NCBI GenBank assembly: GCA_963735595.1 | Contig: CAVTLK010000001.1 | Coordinates: 256,001 to 320,000, forward strand | Length of the DNA: 64,000 nucleotides | Source of the DNA: an uncultured delta proteobacterium | GTDB lineage: Bacteria > Desulfobacterota > Zymogenia > Zymogenales > Zymogenaceae | Direction: 5' to 3' | Shown here: positions 10,520-20,026 of the stretch, in pieces | Numbering within the stretch: position 1 is the stretch's first letter | How the letters are laid out: each line of letters begins with the position of its first letter | Translations under genes and position numbers: made by a program | The notes under the pieces: generated by a model | The model's input: only the letters and a program-made list of their open reading frames with translations | What the model was told of the DNA's origin: nothing | Database searches by the model: none

Positions 10520-12544
10520 ATGAAGAAACATCCGATAGCAATTCTTTTACTGTTCCTTTTCCTTCTTTACCCCGTTTGCACCATCGCCGCGGATGATCCA
10601 GACCAGCTCTTCGAGCAGGGCGTCGCGGCATTCAATAGCGGTAAGTACGACGAGGCCATTTCCCTCTGGGAGCGGGCGCTGCCACTCTATAGGGAGGGCG
10701 GAGATACCGAGCATGAAGCGATGATTCTCAACAACATAGGGCTGGTCCGGTTCTATTTACATCAATACGATGAGTCGGTCGGTTATTTCAAGGATGCCCT
10801 TGCCATTGATCGTAAACGGGGGATATCAAAAGACATCACGACGGATCTCCAAAACCTTGGCATGGCCTATTCGGCGTTGAGGGAATATGGGCAGGCCCTT
10901 TCTGCGTTCAAGGAGGCGGCGGAGATTGCCGACAGCGTCGGCGATATTGAGGCGCGGGCCAATAACCTCTACCGGATAGCTATTACCAATGTCTCTCTGG
11001 GTATGTATGGCGAGGCCGGAGGCTACTTCATAGCGGCATCGGACCTCCACCGGGGGATCAGGGACAGGAACGGCTACGCGCTCGATCTCATGGGACTGGG
11101 GGATGTCTATGCGGCCCTGGGCCGGTTCGACAAGGCACTCGAAAATTACGAAGAGGCTCTGAAGGTAAGGGAAGTCCTGGGCGAACTGGAACCATATGTC
11201 AGTACAAAAATAAAGATAGCCCGCGCATACGGAAACAACGGCCGCTATGACGAGGCCCTCGATTATCTGCGCCAGGCCAAGAAAGACGCGAAGGAAGCGA
11301 AAGAAGGGGAGGGTGATGCGTTGGCGTCAGAAATCGCTTCGGCCTGGGGTGACGTGCTCAACTGGTCGGGCGACTCGGAGGGCGCGTTGGCGTCCTTTGA
11401 CGAGGCGCTTGTACTGATGAAGAAACGTAACGACTTTTCCGGCGCGGGGATGATACTGACGAACCAGGGAATACTCCTCAGCGAGCTCCTTAGATTCCCC
11501 GAGGCGAAGAAATCCTTTGAGGACGCACGGCTAATCTATCAGGTAGGCAAGGATCCGAGGAATGAGGCAAAGATCCTCATAAATCTCGGTAACCTCGCGA
11601 ACGGGACCGGCGATCCTGACGGTGCGTTAGCCTTCTATCTGGAAGCGGATAGGCTCCTCGTGGGAGAAAAGGGGGGCGCGGTATCGGGTGTGAACTACCT
11701 CGGTATCGGTGAGACATACGTGAAGATAAAGGAATTCAAGAAGGCACGGGCATACTTTGAGAAGGCGGGCAGGCTGCTGGCCGACGAACGGGATAAACGA
11801 TATACAGCCAAGATCGACGCGTATATCGGTGTGTTGGATTATTTCGAAGCAAATTACGCCTCATCGGTTACCCGTTTTAACGATGCACTAACGATACTCC
11901 GTAAAGAAAACGCTCGAACGCTCGTCGCGGATATCCTCGTTGGGACGGGAATGGCGTTGGTAGCGATAAATCGACCGGAAGTGGCCTCCGGGTATTTCAT
12001 CGAGGCAAAACGGCTTGCAGATGATCTCTCAATCGGACCTGTCGGATGGCGGGCGGTTTACGGGGATGGGGTTATAAAGGAAATGGCGGGTGATGCCGCT
12101 ACGGCCGGGGCGCGCTATGAGGACGCGCTATTTCGCTTCTCGGGAATGCCGGACGTTACGCCGACTCTCTATGGGTCGCGTATTGTGACAACCGACGACC
12201 TGCTCGATAAGCTTTCAAAAGCTCCGGGGGATGGCGGTACGGGGACGGTTGATCGGACCGGGCTAAATGAGGGGCTGAACGGTATCACGGGTCTCTTTAT
12301 CGGCGTTACGGAGCCGGCGACCGCGAAGGAGGAGGTCATCGTCGGGAAGCTGAGAAACGCTGTAGGCGAGGCTAACTACCTTTCAAGGAGGCTGGCCGAC
12401 GATGAATATCGAAAGGGGAATAACACGGATATATTTACCAGGAAACTCCTGTCGGCCCAGGGAGAATACCTCAAGCTGCTCGATGAGGTGAGGGAGAAAG
12501 AGCCGGAACTTTGGGAGAGGTACTTCCAGGCCCTGTACGAATAG
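10520..12544 (+). CDS. Exported tetratricopeptide-repeat protein
   Basis: Signal peptide (MKKHPIAILLLFLFLL...AA) and many ~40-aa TPR repeats (EAMILNNIGLV, LQNLGMAY, LINLGNL). Confidence 0.85.
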   Translation: MKKHPIAILLLFLFLLYPVCTIAADDPDQLFEQGVAAFNSGKYDEAISLWERALPLYREGGDTEHEAMILNNIGLVRFYLHQYDESVGYFKDALAIDRKRGISKDITTDLQNLGMAYSALREYGQALSAFKEAAEIADSVGDIEARANNLYRIAITNVSLGMYGEAGGYFIAASDLHRGIRDRNGYALDLMGLGDVYAALGRFDKALENYEEALKVREVLGELEPYVSTKIKIARAYGNNGRYDEALDYLRQAKKDAKEAKEGEGDALASEIASAWGDVLNWSGDSEGALASFDEALVLMKKRNDFSGAGMILTNQGILLSELLRFPEAKKSFEDARLIYQVGKDPRNEAKILINLGNLANGTGDPDGALAFYLEADRLLVGEKGGAVSGVNYLGIGETYVKIKEFKKARAYFEKAGRLLADERDKRYTAKIDAYIGVLDYFEANYASSVTRFNDALTILRKENARTLVADILVGTGMALVAINRPEVASGYFIEAKRLADDLSIGPVGWRAVYGDGVIKEMAGDAATAGARYEDALFRFSGMPDVTPTLYGSRIVTTDDLLDKLSKAPGDGGTGTVDRTGLNEGLNGITGLFIGVTEPATAKEEVIVGKLRNAVGEANYLSRRLADDEYRKGNNTDIFTRKLLSAQGEYLKLLDEVREKEPELWERYFQALYE

Positions 12545-12623
12545 GCACTGGTGAAGATGGAAGCGGCGTAGACGGATAGGCGGTTACGGTCGCCGTAAGC
12601 CCTCTTGGATAATAAATAAGAAT

Positions 12624-12665
12624 AAAAAGTGGGGAAGGCAAAAAGCCTTCCCCACTTTTGTTTTT
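12624..12665. terminator. Bidirectional intrinsic terminator
   Basis: AAAAAGTGGGGAAGGC-AAAAA-GCCTTCCCCACTTTT between the convergent TPR gene and acs. Confidence 0.85.
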
Positions 12666-12707
12666 CGAACGAGCAAACGGAAAAAGATCCGTCCGCGACA
12701 ATCGGGA

Positions 12708-14669
12708 TTAGATCACCCGATTATTGATGAGGTCTTCCACAACGTGCGGATCTGCCAGCGTCGAGGTATCGCCGACCTGGTCGGGGGCGTTCTCGGCGAT
12801 CTTGCGCAGGATCCGGCGCATGATCTTGCCCGAACGGGTCTTCGGCAGGCCATCCGCGAACTGGAGCTTATCGGGCGTCGCGATCGGGCCGATGAGGGTC
12901 CTGACGTGGGCAATCAGCTCTTTCTTGAGCTCATCGGATTTTGGAACGCCGGCGTTAAGGGTTACGTAGGCATAGATGCCCTGGCCCTTGATGTCATGGG
13001 GGAAACCGACGACCGCGGCCTCAGCCACCTTTGCGTGGGCTACGAGGGCGCTTTCGACTTCGGCCGTTCCCATCCGGTGTCCGGAGACGTTGATAACGTC
13101 GTCAACACGTCCGGTGATCCAGTAGTAGCCGTCCGCATCCCGGCGGGCGCCGTCGCCCGAGAAGTAGTAGCCGGGGAACTGAATGAAATAGGTCTCTTTG
13201 TATCGCTTGGGATCTCCGTAGACGCCGCGCATCTGGCCGGGCCACGAACGCTTGATGCAGAGCGCGCCTTCGCCGGGGCCCTCGATTTCCTTACCGTTGG
13301 CATCAACCAGGCAGGGCTCAACACCGAAGAACGGAAGGGTAGCGCTGCCGGGCTTGGTCGGCCAGGCGCCCGGAAGCGGGGTGATCAAAATACCGCCGGT
13401 CTCGGTCTGCCACCACGTATCGACGATCGGGCAATTCTCTTTGCCGATATTAAGATGGTACCAGCCCCAGGCTTCGGGGTTGATAGGCTCGCCCACAGAG
13501 CCGAGGAGCTTGAGGCTGGACAGGCTATGTTTCTTGACCCAGTCAAGCCCTTCCTTGGCGATTGCGCGGATGGCGGTGGGGGCGGTGTAGATGATGTTGA
13601 CTTTGTATTTGTCCACGACGTCCCAGAACCGGCCCCAGTCGGGGTACGAAGGAACGCCCTCGAACATGATCGAGGTGGCGCCGTTTGCCAGGGGGCCGTA
13701 GACGATGTAGGAGTGGCCGGTGACCCAGCCGATATCGGCGGTGCACCAATACATGTCGCCATCATGGTAATCGAAGATGATCTTATGGGTGTAGGAAACG
13801 TAGACCATGTAGCCGCCGGTCGTGTGCATAACGCCCTTGGGCTTTCCGGTGGAGCCGGAGGTGTAGAGGATGAAGAGGGGATCTTCGGCGTCCATCTCCT
13901 CGCAGGGGCAGTCGGCGCTCGCCTTTGCCATCAGGTCTTCCCACCAGAGGTCGCGGCCCTCTTTCCAGGAGCAATTGATCTTATCGCCGACGCGCTTGTA
14001 GATGATGACCTTTTCCACGGGGGTTCCTTCAACTGCTTTATCGGCATTGTCCTTCTGGGGGACAGCCTTGGCGCCGCGGAAGGTTCCGTCGCACGTGACG
14101 AGTATCTTGGACTTACAATCGATAATACGGTCCTTCAACGCATCGGCCGAGAAGCCGCCAAAGACGATGCTGTGGATGGCGCCGATGCGGGCGCAGGCCA
14201 GGAGCGCTATGGCAAGCTGCGGGATCATGGGGAGATAGATCGTTACGCGATCGCCCTTCTTGACGCCGAGGCTCTTGAGGACGTTGGCGAACTTGCTGAC
14301 TTCGGCGTGTAATTCCTTATAGGTGTACTTCCACGACTCGCTGGGGTCGTTCCCCTCTCCGATGATAGCAACCTGGTTTTCCTTGGCGGTTCCCAGGTGT
14401 CGGTCGAGGCAGTTGTAGCAGGCGTTGAGCTTGCCGCCGACAAACCACTTGATCTCTGCCTCTTTGTAGTTCTCTTCGTTAACCTTGGTCCATTTCTTGT
14501 ACCAGGTAATCTGCTCTTCGGCCACCTTACCCCAGAAAGCATCGGGGTCTTTCATGGACTGATCCCAAAGCTTCTGGTATTCATCCCTGCTCTTGATGTA
14601 GGCTTTTCCGGTGAATTCCTTGGGCGGCGCGAAGGTCTTACCCTCAAATGCGCTTTTCTCATCTGCCAT
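12708..14669 (-). CDS. acs: Acetyl-CoA synthetase (AMP-forming)
   Basis: [47 protein letters not shown]. Confidence 0.98.
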   Translation of the reverse strand: MADEKSAFEGKTFAPPKEFTGKAYIKSRDEYQKLWDQSMKDPDAFWGKVAEEQITWYKKWTKVNEENYKEAEIKWFVGGKLNACYNCLDRHLGTAKENQVAIIGEGNDPSESWKYTYKELHAEVSKFANVLKSLGVKKGDRVTIYLPMIPQLAIALLACARIGAIHSIVFGGFSADALKDRIIDCKSKILVTCDGTFRGAKAVPQKDNADKAVEGTPVEKVIIYKRVGDKINCSWKEGRDLWWEDLMAKASADCPCEEMDAEDPLFILYTSGSTGKPKGVMHTTGGYMVYVSYTHKIIFDYHDGDMYWCTADIGWVTGHSYIVYGPLANGATSIMFEGVPSYPDWGRFWDVVDKYKVNIIYTAPTAIRAIAKEGLDWVKKHSLSSLKLLGSVGEPINPEAWGWYHLNIGKENCPIVDTWWQTETGGILITPLPGAWPTKPGSATLPFFGVEPCLVDANGKEIEGPGEGALCIKRSWPGQMRGVYGDPKRYKETYFIQFPGYYFSGDGARRDADGYYWITGRVDDVINVSGHRMGTAEVESALVAHAKVAEAAVVGFPHDIKGQGIYAYVTLNAGVPKSDELKKELIAHVRTLIGPIATPDKLQFADGLPKTRSGKIMRRILRKIAENAPDQVGDTSTLADPHVVEDLINNRVI

Positions 14670-14781
14670 ACTGCAAACCTCCGTGATTGTAAAATCCGTC
14701 TCGTCAGGGGTATTAAATATCTCTCAGAACCGATCCGCTCGGCCTATATCCCCCTTAGATAATAAACCCTAAATCCGTTGA

Positions 14782-14835
14782 AATATACCCTATAGAGCCT
14801 TTATGTGTCAAGTAAAAAATGAATGGTAATTCATT
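14782..14835 (-). promoter_or_regulatory. Sigma70-type acs promoter with adjacent palindromic operator
   Basis: Minus strand TTGACA (14811-14806)-18 nt-TATATT; perfect inverted repeat AATGAAT-ggta-ATTCATT at 14818-14835. Confidence 0.6.
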
Positions 14836-15083
14836 AACGCGAACGCCGTTAAGCTTAAAAATCATTCTTTTTGTGCTCCGGGCTATTGGCCGGGATCAGA
14901 CTTCGGGACAGGATAGCCTAACCGGATTTATAGGCGGCAGCCCACAGAAAAGTAAACTCGCCAGGGACCAAGAGGCCGTGGCGGCCATATAAGGTCGCAA
15001 CCGTCGATGATTCCCTGTCAGGACGGGAACGGGCGTTTCTGTGTGAAAACGCGGAGCCGCTTTACGGGGACGTCAGAGGATTG

Positions 15084-15914
15084 TCAGAGTGATTCCAGTT
15101 TTTTAGCGGCTGTCTCAGCCTGGGGCTCCTTTGGGTATTTCTTCACGATGTCGGAGAAGATCGTCCTGGCGTGTGCCGTATCGTTAAGCTCGAGGAATGC
15201 GAAACCCTCTTTGAGCATTGCGGCCGGAACCTTATCTCCCGAGGGGTATTTCTTGATAACCGTATCGTATTCAAGGATCGCCCGCTCGTACGATTTACGG
15301 GCGTAATAGATCTCACCGATCCAGAATTGGGCGTTGTCGGCCAGCGACGAATCAGAGGAGCGCTCTATAAACGCCCTGAAGTCACGCTCGGCCCCGTCAT
15401 AGTCCTTATCCTGGAATTTCTTGTAGCCCGCGGCATAGAGATCCTCGGCTGTACGGCCGGCCCCGGAAGTGGGGGGCTCGTCCGTATCTCCGGGTACTGT
15501 GGTGCCGATCTTGTCCGACGGGGGCGAGGTCCCGGACGGATCCGACGAAGACTTAATAGCGAGTTTATTCTCGACGGCCGATAGCCTGCGCTCGATGCTA
15601 TAGAGGCGCGTCTCGATATCGGCGGTTGTCCTGTTGATAACCTCCTTCAGGACGGCGATTTCCTCGATCGCACGTTCGAACTCATACTGTTTTTCCTCGT
15701 AACTCCCCCGGATCTTTTTTACCTCTTCCATGACGGTATCATAATTAGCCCCGGATGTGGCCTTAGTATCCAGAGATGTCTTCTTGAGGATATCGACCTC
15801 GTCGTTCAACGAGCTGATCTGGCGCTGAAGATCTTCAATATTACCTGTTGTCACGCAGGACGAGATCAGGAATATACAAGAAAGTAATACGATACGTCCG
15901 TAGTAAGTTGACAT
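15084..15914 (-). CDS. cpoB: Tol-Pal/cell-division coordinator CpoB (YbgF), lipoprotein form
   Basis: Lipobox-like LISSC, coiled coil, C-terminal TPR with LADNAQFWIGE and YPSGDKVPAAMLK; ATG at 15914 after GGAGG. Confidence 0.9.
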   Translation of the reverse strand: MSTYYGRIVLLSCIFLISSCVTTGNIEDLQRQISSLNDEVDILKKTSLDTKATSGANYDTVMEEVKKIRGSYEEKQYEFERAIEEIAVLKEVINRTTADIETRLYSIERRLSAVENKLAIKSSSDPSGTSPPSDKIGTTVPGDTDEPPTSGAGRTAEDLYAAGYKKFQDKDYDGAERDFRAFIERSSDSSLADNAQFWIGEIYYARKSYERAILEYDTVIKKYPSGDKVPAAMLKEGFAFLELNDTAHARTIFSDIVKKYPKEPQAETAAKKLESL

Positions 15915-16107
15915 CCCGACCTCCTTATAAAGAATCGTTCGTTTGACTATCGTCGTTCGATTGAATACGGTTTTATTATGAGCTATCGCTATTATACCGG
16001 GAACGAGGCTATCCATCAAGGCAAAATAAACGATAACTATTGACAACAGGCGGATTGATTGGGTACTATAAACCAACATGAAACGAATACTCGGGTTGAA
16101 CATCTAA

Positions 16108-16704
16108 ATGATAGACTATAAAATAGTGTCCGATGATTCTCTCGTGGCGCAGGCTCAGAAAAAGGATTATCAGGCCTTTGAAGAGCTCGTGAAGCGCTAT
16201 GAGGGTAAGATATATGGCCATACGTTGAGGATGGTTGGAAATCGAGAAGACGCGCAGGACGTATTGCAGGAGACGTTTCTTAACGTATTTAAGAGTTTAG
16301 AGAATTTTCGCGGTGATTCTTCGTTTTCAACATGGATTTACAGGATTGCGACAAACAATGCGCTGATGCGTTTGAGGAAGCTCTCCCATGCTGAACGCGA
16401 ATTAAACGATGAGCTCCCGCCTCCCGAATCGATGAAACGGCAAGCCCTGGCAAGCCATATACTTGATCCGAAGGATGCATTCCTCGAAAAAGAGATGCTG
16501 CGGGAGTTGGACAAGGCCGTGGAACGGCTGCCGGAAAAATACCGAACGATCTTCCTTCTCCGGGACGTGGAGGAGTTTTCCACCGAGAGGACGGCTACTG
16601 TCCTCGGCATTTCGGAGGCGGCTGTAAAATCCCGTCTTCATCGGGCTCGGCTTTTTATCCGGGAGGCACTGCTTAGGAAATTTGAGGGGAAGACGGAGTC
16701 GTAA
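16108..16704 (+). CDS. ECF RNA polymerase sigma-70 factor
   Basis: DAQDVLQETFL, FSTWIYRIATN (region 2); LPEKYRTIFLLRD...AVKSRLHRAR (region 4). Confidence 0.95.
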   Translation: MIDYKIVSDDSLVAQAQKKDYQAFEELVKRYEGKIYGHTLRMVGNREDAQDVLQETFLNVFKSLENFRGDSSFSTWIYRIATNNALMRLRKLSHAERELNDELPPPESMKRQALASHILDPKDAFLEKEMLRELDKAVERLPEKYRTIFLLRDVEEFSTERTATVLGISEAAVKSRLHRARLFIREALLRKFEGKTES

Positions 16705-16706
16705 AC

Positions 16707-16967
16707 ATGAACGAACATCACGAGTGCAAGGACTGCAAGAAGATATTCGAGAAGCTGTCGGAATACATCGATAAAGAGCTTAATGAAGAAGAATGCCTTG
16801 TATTCGAGGAGCATATCAGGAATTGTAAACCCTGCCTCGATTTTCTCGAAAGCCTTCACTGTACCATCAATCTCTGCAGGCGGCTTGACAATCAAGAGTC
16901 GTACCGAATACCCCGTGACGTGAGCGTCCAACTGCACGAGTTCCTTAAGAAAGAATGCAAACTGTAA
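16707..16967 (+). CDS. Soluble zinc-binding anti-sigma factor (zf-HC2/ZAS)
   Basis: C...LSEYIDKEL...HIRNCKPC (HxxxCxxC); Cys-rich; no TM segment; directly after the ECF sigma. Confidence 0.92.
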   Translation: MNEHHECKDCKKIFEKLSEYIDKELNEEECLVFEEHIRNCKPCLDFLESLHCTINLCRRLDNQESYRIPRDVSVQLHEFLKKECKL

Positions 16968-17015
16968 CAGATCGAATGGAATCATGGTTGCCCTGTAGGA
17001 AACGGCGGCTGTAAT

Positions 17016-17228
17016 ATGAAACAATATATAAAAATAGCGGCGGGGACGGTACTGGGCTTCATCAGCGGGTGGATCCTCGGATTGGTGGTCCAATACGCCG
17101 GTTCCACGTGAACGGTATTTTGCCATCCGGCGGTTCCGGCCGTATTAGGCGGGATCATCGGGTTGGCCCTGGCCCTGGGAGGGCCGGAAGGCGGGAAATC
17201 GGGAAAAGGGATGCGAGGTGATACATAG
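17016..17228 (+). CDS. Unannotated 70-aa two-TM protein with in-frame UGA (candidate selenoprotein, DUF6132-like)
   Basis: MKQYIKIAAGTVLGFISGWILGLVVQYAGST-U(TGA 17109-17111)-TVFCHPAVPAVLGGIIGLALALGGPEGGKSGKGMRGDT*; its TAG overlaps the trxB GTG; SECIS-like hairpin at 17112-17143. Confidence 0.72.
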
Positions 17229-18181
17229 TGAATATACCGGAATATGATCTGGTCATCATTGGTGCCGGTCCCGCCGGTCTAACGGCTGCGCTCTATGGGG
17301 GAAGGGGTGGATTGAAAACCCTTGTTCTCGAGCGGATGTCGGCAGGTGGACACGCGGCGATGACCGATGCCATTGAAAACTACCCCGGATTCCCCGAAGG
17401 GATATCCGGAACGGCGCTCGCCGAATCCATGGAGAAACAGACCAGGAAATTCGGCGCCTCCTTCAAGACGATTACCGAAGTGACTAAACTCGACCGTGCC
17501 GATGAGCTGTTCACGGTTACGGCCGGCGATGAGATGTTTACCGGTAAGGCCGTTATCGTCGCCTCCGGGGCCGATCCAACGAAGCTCGGCGTACCGCGGG
17601 AGGATGAGCTTATCGGCAAGGGGGTGAGCTATTGCGCCGTTTGTGACGGAGCATTTTTCAAGGGGGCGCAGGTAGCCGTTATCGGCGGAGGCAATTCCGC
17701 GTTGGAAGAGGCGATCTATTTAACGCGATATGCGAAACGGGTATACCTGATTCACCGCCGGGACAGGTTCAGAGCCGATAAGATACTTACCGATCGCGCG
17801 CTCTCTCACCCCTCGATCGAAGTTGTCATGGAGACCGTCGTCGAAGAGATAATTGGAGACCGGGCGGTGTCGGCGGTTAAGCTTAAAAACGTAAAGACAT
17901 CACAGACCAAGACCCTGGCGATCGAGGGGATATTCATATACGCCGGGTACCGGCCGAACACGGAGTATCTCACGGGTGTTGTTGATCTGGACGAGGTCGG
18001 GTGCATTGTCACCGACGCTGAAATGGCCACAGGTGTCCCGGGTCTTTTTGCGGCCGGGGACGTGAGGTCAAAGGGTCTCAGGCAGGTGGTCACGGCGGCG
18101 GGTGACGGCGCGACGGCGGCCTACTCGGCGGAAAAATATATCGAAGCCATGGAAAACCGTCAGTATGGGGAATTCAAGTGA
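17228..18181 (+). CDS. trxB: Thioredoxin-disulfide reductase
   Basis: IIGAGPAGLTAA, IENYPGF, GVSYCAVCDG, GGGNSA, HRRD, AAGDVR. Confidence 0.97.
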   Translation: MNIPEYDLVIIGAGPAGLTAALYGGRGGLKTLVLERMSAGGHAAMTDAIENYPGFPEGISGTALAESMEKQTRKFGASFKTITEVTKLDRADELFTVTAGDEMFTGKAVIVASGADPTKLGVPREDELIGKGVSYCAVCDGAFFKGAQVAVIGGGNSALEEAIYLTRYAKRVYLIHRRDRFRADKILTDRALSHPSIEVVMETVVEEIIGDRAVSAVKLKNVKTSQTKTLAIEGIFIYAGYRPNTEYLTGVVDLDEVGCIVTDAEMATGVPGLFAAGDVRSKGLRQVVTAAGDGATAAYSAEKYIEAMENRQYGEFK

Positions 18182-18243
18182 AACTGGAGCTGCCGGCAGA
18201 ATACCGGGTCATTACAAAACAATATAAAGTAACGAGGTGAACG

Positions 18244-18456
18244 ATGCCTATCTATGAATATCGCTGCGCCAGATGCGCGAAGGAGTTCGAGGTACTGCAA
18301 AAACCGACCGACGGGCCGGAGGGCGTTGTCTGTCCATCCTGTGGTAACCCAAAGGCGGAAAAGATTCTTTCGTCGTGTTGCGCCCCGTCATCCCATAAGT
18401 CGGAGGGGGTGTCCGGGACTTCATCCTGCTCGACACGTAAGTTTGGCTGACGGTAA
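18244..18456 (+). CDS. FmdB-family zinc-ribbon protein, candidate C-terminal selenocysteine (...CSTRKFG-U-R*)
   Basis: MPIYEYRCxxC...FE...CPSCG motif; TGA 18448-18450 followed by CGG TAA and a SECIS-like hairpin. Ends at 18450 if UGA is a stop. Confidence 0.8.
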
Positions 18457-18500
18457 ACGTACCCCTGAGTATCAGGGGAAGGATGTTGGAGCACTAAGCG

Positions 18501-18535
18501 GACACACGGACACTACTGGTGTCGGTGTGTCTTTT
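18501..18535 (+). terminator. Intrinsic terminator of the ECF-trxB-fmdB operon
   Basis: GACACAC-g-GACAC-tactg-GTGTC-g-GTGTGTC-TTTT. Confidence 0.7.
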
Positions 18536-18607
18536 ATTGTCGAACATGGTAGACTATCAGATCGCACCGCACACTGGACGGAGAAGATCTGATGAGGATT
18601 TAGACCG

Positions 18608-19945
18608 TTGAAAGAGAGAAAGATCGCGGTTATCGGAATGGGATACGTCGGGATTCCCTGCGCGGCGCTTCTGGCCGATGTGCCGGGACATAACGTCATC
18701 GGGCTGGAGAAAGGATCAGACAGAAGTGCCTGGAAAATCGATACCCTCAATGCCGGCCTCTCGCCGATAGAGGGCGATGAACCGGGTTTGGCAGAGCTTC
18801 TGGGACGTGTCGTCGGGAAGGGATCGTTTCGCGCCACGGGAGACTACGCGGCGTTATCGGATCGTGACACGATCCTCATCTGTGTCCAAACGCCCACCGA
18901 GGGCGATAATCATCGGCCCAGATACCTTGCGCTCAAAGATGCCGCAAAAGGAATCGGCGATAATTTGAAGACGGGGGCCCTTGTTATTACCGAGTCGACC
19001 CTTGCGCCCGGAACAACGGAGCACGTCATCAAACCGATCATCGAGCGTGCCTCCGGTCTCAAAGCGGGCAAAGATTTCTCCCTTGCGTATTCCTACGAGC
19101 GCCTGATGCCGGGCCGCCTTATCCGTTATATCCAGGAGCTACCCCGCATCGTCGGGGGTATTGACACGGAAAGCGAACGCAGGGCGCGCGAGCTCTACGC
19201 TACGATAGTGAAGGCCCCCGTCCATACCACCGATGTCATGACGGCGGAGGCGACCAAGACCATCGAAAACGCCTACCGGGACGTGAACATAGCGTTTTCC
19301 AACGAAATGGCACTCGTATGCGAGAGCCTCGGTATTAACGTATATGAGGTGCAACGGCTCATCAATACGCGATCCGAGCGGATGATGCACTATCCGGGAG
19401 CGGGCGTCGGCGGACACTGTCTTCCAAAGGATACGTGGCTTCTGCTCCATGGACTATCCATGTATGGTAAGCATGAAGTAAAGACCCACTTTGTTGAACT
19501 GGCACGCTCAATTAACGAATCGATGCCCGTTCACGTCTTTAGGCTCCTCGAGGATGCCTTAAGGCAAAAGGGAAGAGAATTCCCCGATGTCAAAGTAGCG
19601 CTTTTAGGCGTCGCGTATCTCGAGAACTCCGATGATACGAGGAACACCCCGGCATACGCTTTGATCGACCGGCTGGCCGCGTACGGGGCCGATATTATAG
19701 CGCACGATCCGTACGTGACCATATTCCCGGAGGCGCGGCTGACCCATGATCTTGACGAGGCCATACGGGATGCCGATGCCCTCGTGATTATGACCAAGCA
19801 TTCGCAGTACGATTCCATGAGCCTGGCAGATGCGGCAAAGGCCATGCGCACTCGCATAATCATCGACGGGAGAGACACGTTTGACCCTGATGATGCGCTG
19901 TCCGCGGGATTTTTCTATCGGGCTATAGGCAAAGGCACCGCCTAA
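18608..19945 (+). CDS. Nucleotide-sugar dehydrogenase (UDP-ManNAc/UDP-GlcNAc dehydrogenase family), copy 1
   Basis: IGMGYVG Rossmann motif, ESTLAPGTT, KTIENAYRDVNIAF, catalytic GVGGHCLPKD. Confidence 0.92.
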   Translation: MKERKIAVIGMGYVGIPCAALLADVPGHNVIGLEKGSDRSAWKIDTLNAGLSPIEGDEPGLAELLGRVVGKGSFRATGDYAALSDRDTILICVQTPTEGDNHRPRYLALKDAAKGIGDNLKTGALVITESTLAPGTTEHVIKPIIERASGLKAGKDFSLAYSYERLMPGRLIRYIQELPRIVGGIDTESERRARELYATIVKAPVHTTDVMTAEATKTIENAYRDVNIAFSNEMALVCESLGINVYEVQRLINTRSERMMHYPGAGVGGHCLPKDTWLLLHGLSMYGKHEVKTHFVELARSINESMPVHVFRLLEDALRQKGREFPDVKVALLGVAYLENSDDTRNTPAYALIDRLAAYGADIIAHDPYVTIFPEARLTHDLDEAIRDADALVIMTKHSQYDSMSLADAAKAMRTRIIIDGRDTFDPDDALSAGFFYRAIGKGTA

Positions 19946-20026
19946 TATAAAGAATACCGTTGTCTGCAAATGCACGATGTGATATGAAATGCATCGTGCA
20001 TTATTCATTTTCAAGGGGCCGTAACC

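Noticed and set aside
12744..14312. 522-aa plus-strand ORF antisense to acs, and similar long antisense ORFs over ntpA, ntpB and nadB
   Set aside because: Shadow frames of GC3-rich conserved genes, with no recognisable motifs.
14870..15083. GC-rich spacer between the cpoB stop and the acs promoter, as a possible riboswitch
   Set aside because: It lies upstream of the predicted acs promoter and matches no motif I recognise.
16079..16110. TGAAAC-N16-CATCTA as an autoregulatory ECF promoter
   Set aside because: The -10-like element ends only 1 nt before the ATG, so it would need a leaderless transcript; a sigma70-like TTGACA-18-TACTAT at ~16040 is a simpler explanation. Not supportable without TSS data.
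16638..17126. 162-aa minus-strand ORF across the anti-sigma gene and the gap before trxB
   Set aside because: Antisense to the anti-sigma factor; the gap is better explained by the plus-strand UGA-containing ORF.
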